Below are positions 13,525-25,273 of a stretch of 64,000 bases of DNA, in pieces (the stretch's first letter is position 1; the number at the start of each line of letters is the position of its first letter). A program made the position numbers and the translations under genes. The notes beneath the pieces are model-generated. The model made no database searches. It was not told the origin of the DNA and saw nothing but the letters and a program-made list of their open reading frames with translations. This stretch comes from Diadema antillarum (lineage: Eukaryota): the NCBI RefSeq assembly GCF_040938485.1, contig NW_027271504.1:1364001-1428000 (forward strand). The letters run 5' to 3'.

Positions 13525-14780
13525 TCGAATTGAATTTCTCAATTTGTGAAGTCAAGATTTACAACATAGCATTCGAATCACACTCTGCAAAGTGCACACT
13601 TCATTCAAATCCTTAGAGATACCCAATGATAGTAAAATGATATAATAAAACAAATCGAGCAGAGAATCGAAGCGTCACGTTTAGTCAGGAAACAAAGTGG
13701 CCACTTTATTTACTCAGCATCATGCATAAATAAATATTGCGACATTGAATGGTAAATTAGACATTTTAGGGTGCGCACCACAAATTTCATTCACAATAAT
13801 TCAGCTGAAAAAAAATGAGGTAAGACATTCTCACAAAAAAAAAAATAGGATAGAGCACAAAAAAGAGAGAAACAGATGTAGCGCTACATTACAATGTTTC
13901 AAATTTGTGGAAACATTATGTGAGAAAGAATGAAAGGTGAAGAAATGACAATCAAAAGCGAATACAATCCTAGCTATATTCTATCAAGGTGGTTGGATGA
14001 CAATAATTATTGGCACCAGGCTTGCTGAATGCGGACAGAGTTCACATAATATCTTAGACGTCTTTTTTTTTTAATTGAACCACAATTATTATCAAAGTAT
14101 AATCTTGACATCGCTGTAGGGCGGAGATGAACCAGTCGACGCCAGACGAGACCGAGTAGTGCTAGCGAGTTGTGACATTTTTCGGTGTGAGTTGGTCGTC
14201 ACACCAAGGCGCGCCAAAACATCCCGACCCGCTACGCAATACTCTGTCTCGCGAAGCTGCGACTACTCGAATCCGAGCAAATCTCACATCCCACGGTCAT
14301 CCGTCAGACTGACCCGAAATAAGTGGCAAGCAATAATCATTATTCTTTTTTCAAAGTGCTTTCTAACATGAGTCCCCTATCAACTTATCGTTTGCAACTG
14401 TACGATACAAAACACGAAAAGAAACTCATATGGCAATTTATACAGTTGTGCATACTATACACAGTATGATGCGACAAGTAACATTAATCGAAGCCTTATC
14501 GTCTTTGATACAATATTTTCTTTATGTACATTTGACTACACTTTGTTACAGTTTATGATACTGTTCATATCCGGGGTTAAACATGCCGTCGGTCTCTTCA
14601 TATCAATCCAGAACATGGGTTGATATCAGATGAAATGGTGGCAATAGCGCTGAGATTGCCTTGCCTCCCGCAGAAGAGCTTTTTCGCAGTCGAAATCGAT
14701 ACCCGGTAGTATAAAGTGTCATAAGATTATGATTTATGTAGTTGTTTTTTGTTTATTTTCGCTTTTGAGGATGCTTATAG

Positions 14781-16039
14781 TTAGTGGCTGAAGAATACAC
14801 TTAGGAGAACAGCAACAAGCATGACAGCCATACTCGTCTTAACGATGCACGCCCCGCAAGTCACGCTGATGCACAGGTAATTATCGCTGCCGCCGGAGAC
14901 GGGGGCAATCCAGTAGGCGCTGGAGCTCGGCGAGGCACTGACGCAGGCGTAGTCGAAGTCGTCGCAAGTGACGTCACTGAGATCCAGGGTGACAGCCAAG
15001 TCGGAGAAGGAGCCGGTGCTGCCGGCAGAGACATCGACAGACATTTCCGAGGAGGAGAGGGAGACGGTTTCCGTAGCAACGGCGGTGCCGCCGGTCTCGG
15101 AGTCGGAGAGGTAGGCGCGGATCAGCCAGTTGTCGCGTGCCCGACACGTCGTCGCTTGAACCCGAGTTGGCAACGACCATGTCGAACTCGATGGCTCTGG
15201 CCACCACCGGGAGTGATCACGTGCTGCGTCGCGGGGTTCGTCATGGTGAAAGTGGTGACGGTGACATCAGCAACAGCTGTTGGTAGAGTAAGGAGAGGAG
15301 AAAGGTAGATGGTAAATTATCGAGTACGAGAGAAACGACATCAAATTAATTATATATTATCTATAGTAGTCATCAATAAACGAAATAATACCTACGCAAA
15401 TAGCAAAGATGTATTGTCATTTGTAAAATAGTTTACGATCCCATTTTGATATTTTTATGCGTTTTAGAGTACATTTCTCTCCCCCCCCCCCCCCACACAC
15501 ACATTTAGAGTGAAATTAACACTTGGAAGATGATGTGCGAGTTTTCTTTCACGATGCTCACCTTTGCAAACGAAGCTGATACACATGGAGCTGTTGGAGG
15601 TGTCAACGGAATCCCAGCTGACGCTGGGGTAGGGTGTGACCGAGACGCAGAGGTACTGGTAGGTGTCCCCGTTACCACAGTCAACGCTGGAAAGATCCAT
15701 AGTGGCCGCGAGGTTGTTCCATGTCACAGTCGAGTCGTCCGTCATGTCGACGAGCTGCTGGCTGCTCGACAGCGACGCCGACCCAGCACCGTCCATCGTC
15801 AAAGTGGAGCCGTCTTCGGAGAGGGTGATGGCCACCATGAAGCGGTAGGTGTCGTTGGATGCCTCGATCAGGTCGGCGGCACCAAGCGTAGGCGTGAACT
15901 GGAGGTCGAAGGTGAAGTCGAAGGAGGCTCCGCCGTAGATGGTGGAAGGGCTGTCGACCGAAAAGGCGTCGACATCGATGTATTGGGCACATGCGACGGC
16001 GATGAGAGCCGCGAAGACGATAAAGCGTGCCAGGGCCAT
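14781..16039 (-). CDS. Uncharacterised secreted, probably GPI-anchored protein with two ~140-aa four-Cys repeats; coding exons 16039-15562 and 15276-14781; the last exon has two +1 frameshifts (pseudogene or assembly error)
   Basis: Signal peptide MALARFIVFAALIAVACA. Acceptor at 16072/16073, donor AAG|GTGAGC at 15562, acceptor caacag at 15276 (phase 1 on both sides). The repeat motifs LDLSxVxC...YxCV...W...N..C...C occur in both exons. The hydrophobic C-terminus is MAVMLVAVLLSVFFSH*. Strong GC3 codon bias. Confidence 0.75.
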
Positions 16040-16925
16040 TACACTGGAGATGTGGAGTTGGATGTTGAAGATCTGTTGAGTAACAATGGGAAGGAAAAAA
16101 GGTTAGACTAAGTTTGTCATAAAACAACTAGAGTTCGTTTTCTTTTAACTTGTGAGAAAAATTCAACTCTGCAAAAACAGTTTTCTACGCAGTAGTTCGA
16201 AACAATGATTACTTACATCTATTTGGAAAATGGAATTTGGTTTTGGAGAGAGTGTGACGAAAACAATATTGAAGCACGAGGAAGTTCGGCAATAATAAAT
16301 GGAAATCGTCGGAGTCGTCAAGAAAGCATGAAACTCCGTTTTGGTGTAGTCGGGGGCAACAACGTAACACCCCTGTCCGCAGGGGAGGTCCTCCTCTATA
16401 GTTCGCGGATATAAGAAAGGCGTTTATCGATCAGGTGCCCGGCCCAGCGCACCCCGTTTAGCACCGTCGCTATGGCGACAAGCAATCTCGCGCTGTACCA
16501 GTGCCAGTCACATGCAGATCTGGGAGACTTTGTCATTTACGACATGCTAAAATTTTGGTGTTCTAAAAACTTATCTGTCTTTCTATAATGATATCCGAAT
16601 AAAGTTGAAAGACAATATACTACAGTGAGACTTCCGTCGTCGCTTTAATCACTTTCGTTTGAAATCTCCATTGGATATGAAGTCATTTTCGTCCGAACGC
16701 GGATTTGAAAGCTCAAAAGAAATGAAACAGAACATATTAAAATAGATAGAATGAAAAGCTTCAACCGGATAAATTTCAAACGAAAGGCAACAACACAGAC
16801 TGAGAAATAACAGCAGCTCTAATCAGCACCGAAATAATGGATGCTGTCGTGCCACAGGCCAATGTCCCCTCCCCCCCCCCCCCCCGACAAAAAGGGAACA
16901 AAAACCGAAAATGAAGTTGTCTTAC

Positions 16926-17125
16926 CTTAAAAAATAGAGATGCTCAGTAATATAGATCCTGAGAAGAACAATAAATGTTCTCTGTAAAGTTCCTGCTAAT
17001 AACTATCGGTATTGGAGCAATGTACGGTTTCGTTGGTTCCACAAACGAGATAAGATCCCAAAATGTATCACAGGAGCAGAGCTTGTGACGAGATCACTGG
17101 TGAGACCGCTGGTGGAGGGAATGAT
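16926..17125 (-). other. Probable non-coding first exon of the 14.8-16.0 kb gene
   Basis: Strong donor TTAAG|GTAAGA at 16926/16925. TATA-like TAATAAAA at 17155-17148 and CCAAT at 17245-17241 lie upstream on the minus strand. The 5' end is approximate. Confidence 0.45.
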
Positions 17126-20100
17126 CCACCCTCACCAAGAGTTCAGGTTTTATTAGCTCCTCCCGTGTTTGCTAAGCAACAGGCCTACACCCACAGGTTG
17201 CTACACGAGAACAAAGGAGAGTGGGCTAACGGGGGACGCTGATTGGTCAAAAAGTTACCGAATCGATTGCCGAGACGGAGGAATTGATATTGTGGATGTC
17301 GAAGAGTGTGTACATGAGTTTGTGCGTCTTCCCCTAGGATGCGGGAAGGATCGATACAAATATTGATGGAACTCACCAAGAGACAGGCTAAAGAATGACC
17401 GATGTATAGACGAATTATGCAGGGATGCTAAGGAATGCTCAGACTCGTAACAATAAATAAACACGTGTTTGTCTATAATTGTATTGGATCTATGTGATGC
17501 CCATGTGTGTTAATTACTCGGAAATCCTTTAACCAATGCTTAATAAATAGAATATATATTTTCTTCAAATGTTGGAAATTTATCCTTGCTAAATTGCATG
17601 TATACCATTGCATACATAAAAATGTATTACTACCTCCTCTATTTATTCTACACTTAACCGTAATAGGGGTATGGATCCTGACTTTCATGTACAAATAACA
17701 CTTGAGAAATCTGTGACACACGTTTGAATTAAAGCTTTAACTAATCTATTGAAAATTGTTCTGTAGAAATGGTAGTTGACAAAAAAGAATAGTATACACG
17801 TGAGTGCAGAGTCAAAGGAATACCAAATAATAATGGGTGACATACACCCTACTAAATATCATCAAAATGGCAGCATCGCGAACGATATCAACATATATAA
17901 AAAAAAATACACATTTTCTGTGATTAAGAGAAGACAAAGAGTATAACGCACTTGTGGCACGCATGAAGGAACATAACACATTGTCTTTAATCCACTACAA
18001 AGAAGTGGCAAATTCATGCTAAAAGGAGCGAAATTCGGATGACAAACACAACAAAATAACGAACAGCCTATTCACCTCATGATTAATTGACGTGTTTCAA
18101 TTAAGTTTTGCAAACACAGGAATTGACAACTGTATTGGAATAGCCATGATAGAAAAGTCGTCTCAGATTGACATCATGTCTTGGAGTTATGCGCTGTCAC
18201 CGACAGACGAAAACTTTTCCCCATCCTTTACCCTTTCATGGAATTAACAAGTAGAAAATCTCCTCTTCTTGTGAGGGTAAGTCATTGACGCCTGTTCCGA
18301 GGCCATCCCTTATACTCTCCTTCCCCTCCATTACCGCCCCCCCCCCCCCCATGAAACAATTACGAAACACAATTAAACTTACAGTGGGCAAATTTCCACC
18401 TCCCAGCACCCAGCACAATATATGGTGAAGGTTAATCATATTTCGACACTGTTGATTTAATCCTAACAATTTTCTGCACTTAGGGCAGGCAATTTCCCAT
18501 GAATTTTTGTTATGACTACTCTTTTCTTCAATTTGATAATTACGGCATACACGAAAAAGTTTGGATGCTAAAACATTCATTGCTTAAAAGTGATAAAGTT
18601 ATCTATATGTAAAATATAGATGTCTTGTGGACAAAAAGTATAATAAAAGTGTAAGTAAGTTTTTGAGGTCGTTCTTCTTTTTCTTCAAGACACAACACTG
18701 AGCTACTAGGCAAGATTTAATCGTTAAATACCCTTTGCTGCCAAGATGTTCAAATGAACATAATATTGTGAATATGTTATCCACTGATGTGTTCAGTTGA
18801 CGTTTTTATGTTCTTTTATTCTTAAAGTACAATAGACAGTATTGAAGAACCAAGCTATACTCGTTGTTAACTTGTTATCTAAAGCCACATTTCCACATAA
18901 AATACAGTATATTCGATTCAATTCTAGAATTGTGTTCTAAAGGCTATGTAGATAATGAATGCAATAACAGTGCTCACTATAATTGTTATCCTATAATAAA
19001 ATCCATTCCATCGAATTATTGTTCTACATTAGGTACAATAACTCCCAATATCCCAAAGATGATTTTTTTTTAAAATCAGCTGGTAAACATCATCATGTCG
19101 TTATGGATCCGAGTATAAAGACCCTATTAGTTCCGTAAGGGGTTTGGAATATTTGTTTCCAGCTTGTATTGAGTGGTACAATAGTATTCAATTTATAGTA
19201 TACACATTACACACATATGAAAATCCATTTAAAATGTCTTATGGATGTTTCTTCGATTGTAAATGCATGGTGATTAATAGTACAGATAGTTTTGACATGA
19301 ATGCCAGGCCATCATTTTTCCCATCAAAGTTTTTTTTTTCCTCTCGCAGTTTTGATTTCCTTTGGGAGTTATCTAATAAATTATAGAAAAAAATTAGAAT
19401 TGTAATTATTAGTGATTTCTTCAGCTTACTGGGACTTTAAAACACAGAGCAAAGGGTGCTGTGTATGGATTAAAAATTCCTGAAACAATGTTGATGGCGA
19501 CTGAAGCGTGTTTTAAATGCTCAGGTTTTCCACAAGTCATATTGTACAACGATCTGGTTCAATTATTAGTATGTGCCTTGTGTTGTAATGTAACTTATTT
19601 GATGGACACATCCATCTAATAACGTAGATAATAAAAATCCTTACGAGCTGACCAGAGTTATGACTCAAATGTGGTTAAAATGAATGAGAAAGAAAACCTT
19701 ATCATCGAAAATGTCAATCTAATGTAAATTTCAATAAAACAGCCTCTTATTTTGTGATTCCATTTCAGGAATACTTGGTACTTTGACCAGAAGTTATTCC
19801 ATTTTGGGTATAGGAAGTATTAAACACTCTATAACATAATATTTATTTTGATAAGAAGAAAAATTACTTCAACGCAGGATGGGGATGCACCTTCGGTAAC
19901 AAGATGATTTTTATAGAATAAAAGACAGTGGCAAATATTCAGCTGTTTGTTGGACACATGAATGTTACAATTATGATATTTCTCATTGATCTCATTCTAA
20001 GTTCGATATACTGTTCCGCTCATCAGATTTTGCTCTTATCATCAACGTCAATCTAAGATACGTACAGAATTTTATTTCATTGACCGCAATGCCTGACATG

Positions 20101-21835
20101 AGATATAGTGCATAAGCATAGACAAGTGATACAGACATTTTTGAGAAGGTGTTTTCACGGCGAAACAGTTCCCCGTTATCATAATCCTATATCAAGAATA
20201 CAAAAGCGTCAACACAGTTAAAGCCCTGATACAGTTATCGACCTGTTAATCGGATTAGCACTTGAACTTCGTTAGAGCGGTCGCGCGCTTGCGAGTGTTT
20301 GAGGGGGGGGGGGGGAACAACAGCAATAACGAACTTTATTCTATACGGGAAGGAGTTCTGTCACCCTGTGTATTTCTTTTTCATTAATTTTAATGAATGT
20401 TTCTCTTTAATTGAATAAGTTTGAAGTCTCTTTTCTCACTTTGTGTCACTGTCAAGCTCCTCATACACCCATCACCTAGTATATACGCCACTCCTGATCG
20501 AGCTTTTGGTTAGCAAATAGTAGCGATTTAGAAAAACAAGAGAGAATACAATTCCACTCGCCCTTACATCATTGCTTTGCTGCGAGAGGTAACAGGCGTC
20601 AAGGTAATTGTAATACCACTCCAGCGGTGCATCGATGCTAAATCTAACCACTTCCATTTTCAGCTCCCTCATGGGGGACATGCACATTTCTTCACACCTG
20701 TGCGGGATGTTTCCCTCAATTCTATTCTCATTATAATATGTTGCTGGTTTTTTTTTAATTGAACGTACTTCAGCGTTTTCGGAGCTTAAAAAGTAGAGAA
20801 AACTTGTCGCACGTTTTTACACATTCAGTTCTAGCTATTTCACAATGACATATCAGATTGACGTTGACTGCCCTTTATAATGCCGCGTTCATTATAGAAG
20901 TCGCATGGGCTGAAAGAAACGCCGAAGATACATAAAATTGATTATCAGGAATCAATGGAAATATAAATTAACAATAACATCTACACAGGACAACTTGTCC
21001 ACATTGGCAGGTACCTATCACGTATATAGATACATCTTAGATAAATCTTAAAAGTATCCATTCAGGCAACCGTACAAAAAACAAACCAAAAACAAATGCA
21101 TTGTACACTATGTTAAGCAGTTCCAATCATGCACTGAACGAATGGAGAGAGATTGTTCAAACAAAAGCCATGATTAAGCTTGTTGGATTTGCTTTGAGTT
21201 TGTTCATAACGAGGTATGAGAGGTATGAGGTATGATAAGGTATGACATCGTCACCTTTAAACATAGTTTTTTTTTTCAGTGTTAGCGTTGTTGTCCAAGA
21301 GGGTCCTGCGACCCTGATGACTGTAATTGCCATTGTAGGCCTATTTGTCAGGTAGACTATACCTATAGTAGGCAAATCGCCTATGGATCAACAAGAACCT
21401 GTTTATGACGTGGAGTCTTGTCCAATGATGAACGTATACCGGGATAGAAAGATTCGAACCCAGAACAGGACCGCCTGTTTAGAAAATCTATGGGAGCCTC
21501 ATGCACGGTATCCCACGATGGCTATTGACTATAATGACTTGTGTATAGTGCGCTTGATGCCGATGCAGACTTGACATTGTTTGCATGCATGCGTGTAGTT
21601 CCATTAGTTATTACCAGTTTTGATAGAATTGAAGTTTGTGGGCAATATAAATGCATCGGTAGTGAATACTGGCACGTTCAATTATCAAACATATGGAATT
21701 TAAATGGAATAAATTCAGGAATGATCACGTGACATATAATACGTACTAAACCTGAGGATTACTGATTACCATGTCCGCAATTAATTCTGTGGGAAAATTA
21801 TGATATTGTGTGAAACCCTCCTTTCTTGAACGAGT

Positions 21836-21886
21836 GTTTGTTTGTTTGTTTGTTTGTTTGTTTGTTTGTTTGTTTGTTTGTTTGTT
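21836..21886 (+). repeat. (GTTT)n microsatellite
   Basis: Direct reading of the sequence. Confidence 0.95.
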
Positions 21887-22481
21887 CATTTCCATCTGAG
21901 AAGATGGCTGGATGCCCATATTCAGTGGAATATTGCCCTCTACAATGTGTTGTAGTGTAGTTGTGAGTGTTCGATGTTGGTATGATATACTGCTTTCGTA
22001 CTTCTCTTCATGCTAAAGCACGATGTATTTTATTGAGTAATGTATCATTTTAGTCATTGTAGAGGGCAATATTCCACATTGTGTTTAATGTTAAAACAGT
22101 ATGGACAAAATCCTGATTGAGATGATCTCCCAAACTATCTGAAACGATTCACATTTTCCTTAAAACCTTTCAAAAGAAAATCAAATAAAATAATGAGAGA
22201 TAGATAAAGTTTTTTTTTAATAATCACATTTTAAGAAATATATTGTCATATAGTACACATAATACATTCACAACTACAACAGAAGCGCAAAGTCATGTTA
22301 ATTCACGGTCACTTTTGGCATAATCACATGTATTTTAAAAGTAAAATGGAATCAGGCCATTCGTGATTCCTCCCCCCCCCCCCCACACACACTTTTTTTG
22401 CGTGTAAGTCCTTGAGAACAAGTTATTAGTCGTTTTTTTCACGAGGAAAGGCCAGGCTGTCATCGCATTAAGGATCATTAC

Positions 22482-22619
22482 CAGTGGCGGATCCAGGGTT
22501 TGTTTTTTTGTTTGTTTGTTTTGTTGTTTTTTTTTGTTAAAACAAAGAAATAAAAAAAATGGAGGGGCGCGTGCACCCCCCCCCCCCCCCACTTTACGGA
22601 ATTCCTGGATCCGCCCCTG
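22482..22619. mobile_element. MITE with CAG(T/G)GGCGGATCCAGG TIRs and 5-bp TSD
   Basis: cagtggcggatccagg at 22482 and cctggatccgcccctg ending at 22619. ATTAC is duplicated at 22477-22481 and 22620-22624. Confidence 0.85.
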
Positions 22620-22739
22620 ATTACGTATGTTTATTGTGACAGCCCCTGCAACATGGAACATGGATTGTCATGGAAGAGAAACTGCAACAATGGGGATATT
22701 ACTGTATTTTGTTTCTGAATGATTTATTGGATTTGTCAG

Positions 22740-23080
22740 AAAAACTTCATTTTACCAAAATCTGTTATTGTTTTGAATTTTCGTTTATACATTGTACTGT
22801 TGAAAAAGATAAATTGCAGAAATAGATAAGAATGGAAAAGAAGTGACTTATATATATTTAGAGTAATACCAAACGAACGAAACCATAAAAATAAAATGAT
22901 TTGAATTTCAGCAAAACATGTCTTATTTTACCCAAATCTCTGTTATTGTATTCTTGAAGAAAAAAGTTGCAGAAGTAGTTTAAAATTGGGAAAAAAAAGA
23001 ATGCGACTTACACAGATAGAGTAATACCATCACAGCCGAACGAAACGATATAATTCAAATTTCAGCAAAACATAGACATA
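22740..23080 (+). repeat. Diverged tandem duplication (~155-180 bp period)
   Basis: ttttacc(a/c)aaatct(c)tgttattg...ttgcagaa...gacttа-like blocks, agagtaatacca and atttcagcaaaacat each occur twice. Confidence 0.6.
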
Positions 23081-25089
23081 AAATGAGAAAACTCTGGAAT
23101 TCTAACAATTTGCATGATTTTCTTAACCGAAAACATGGAAATCGGAAGAAGTGGTGGCGCCCATCCTGTTGGTTTGTACACAAATAAACTTCTGCAATCA
23201 TAATTTTGGTCGATAATTCAGAAACTGCATTCTCTTTCCCCCATTTTAATGTCATCGTCGCTATGACTACAAAACAACAGTGATTTGATGTAAAGGATAC
23301 ATCATATCTTATTACTTTAATGTAAAAAAAAAAGAGATTTACGGAAGATTTATGCAAATATGAATGGAGATCGAGACTTGAGAGATATGACACAATATTC
23401 CATCTGTCAAGTTGAGTTTGTGGTTGTGACTAATTATATCAATGTGAATTGTACTTTAAGTAGTTTGCTTAACGTGAACATGAAGTAAGCCAATACTGTT
23501 TATTTATAGTTATGTATATAGCACATTCATTCACTTCACTTCACATCATGGTACTTCCAATTAAGTAATGCATTGTAAATTTAGTTTGGAATTTACTTTC
23601 AGATCACATGAGTTTGGTAATCTGTTTTTCTTCCAGGCGTATGCATATGTAATATGACTTTTTATACATTATCATTTTAGACAGTGGTAACACGAAATCA
23701 AGCAGGTGACTGAACTTTAACAGTCGCTGCATCTAAAAGAATACAATTAATTTTCCTCTGTCAGAAAAATAAAAAATATTATCACATTAAGTAATTTCCT
23801 TGTTAAACATGTTAAAAGTGCTGAAAGCATAAATCTTCTTCTGTGAATATCTCATTTGGTAATATTTTCATTTGTTTTATATATGTACAATTTCAATAGA
23901 CCCACTAAATAAGTTTCAAAATAATGACAGAGTTGTATTTTTATTTCATGTATGAATATATATAGGCTATTTATTCATAATGTATAAGCTCTCTGATCCT
24001 AACGAAAAGGTTACATGAAATGTTTATTGTATCATACATGTCATATGATATATGTTTGCAACGTGCATCTTACATGGGAGTACAATCACAATTTGATTAA
24101 TCAGGCTAAAATTTCAAATCAAATTTGACCTCTCAAAAGAAATAAAAAGGGGGAATTTCGACAACGCATTTTACCCGTCATAAAAAATAATAATAAGGCC
24201 AATATTGGAGAGGAAATAAAACGCTGGTGCATATAGGAAGAAAAGAACACAAAAGTATATTCAGTGTTCAACGCTAACTCACCTTAAATCAGCCTTTCAG
24301 CTTTGATGGTTGTAAGTAGATTAAAGTGCTTGAGAAACGGGAACGATGTGATGGAACACGTATAATCTGAGCAACGAAGTGTGGGGCAATAATGAACGGT
24401 CAGATGTTTTGCGTAACTATTATACCACGTGTGTGTAGTGCATTAATTAGGAAGTTTGGTGCAAGGGACAATAATACAACACTGTATACTGAATTGCCCG
24501 GCGCAACCATCGATTTCTTTGACCTTTTCTTTCGTGTCAGCGAGGGTGAAGACGCAAACTTTCTCGTTGACTGGAAAGTGAGTTACATGTACATGCAGTG
24601 GGGCCCATTGTCCGCTCCGACGGAATGTCGCGGTAAAACTTGCTGAATGGCGGCATGAATAATATATGAGTTTGGGGCTAGCACTGTTTTGGGAATTGCC
24701 ATGGGCTGCATGCACGTTTGTGTATCTGTATTTTTAACAACGCAGGACAAAGCCCCGTGTCCTGTTTGGCGCTGGTATCTATTTATCAAACGTGTATCAC
24801 GAAAGTTACAGTATTTATTATGCGACCCACTTTGACGACACCGAAGAGGTATCACACATCTTGACAAGACTGAGGCTTCTTTATGATCAAGTATAAAAGT
24901 TGTGCAAACATAATACGTACACGGACGATGTCGTTCTCTTTTATGTCTGCAGATTTTGAGGTAGCTTGTTTCCTCATCTAAATGCAGATAATATACATGT
25001 ACATCGATCTTTACAAAGCATGGGTGATGTGAAGAAAATATATCAGCTGTTACTTTGAGCTATTCTTTTCTTCTTTAAACGGCAAAATA

Positions 25090-25273
25090 NNNNNNNNNNN
25101 NNNNNNNNNNNNNNNNNNNNNNNNNNNNNNNNNNNNNNNNNNNNNNNNNNNNNNNNNNNNNNNNNNNNNNNNNNNNNNNNNNNNNNNNNNNNNNNNNNNN
25201 NNNNNNNNNNNNNNNNNNNNNNNNNNNNNNNNNNNNNNNNNNNNNNNNNNNNNNNNNNNNNNNNNNNNNNNNN
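25090..25273. other. Assembly gap (N run)
   Basis: Run of N. Confidence 1.

Noticed and set aside
15530-16127. Overlapping 193-aa plus and 148-aa minus ORFs
   Set aside because: Alternative-frame or antisense shadows of the GC-rich signal-peptide exon
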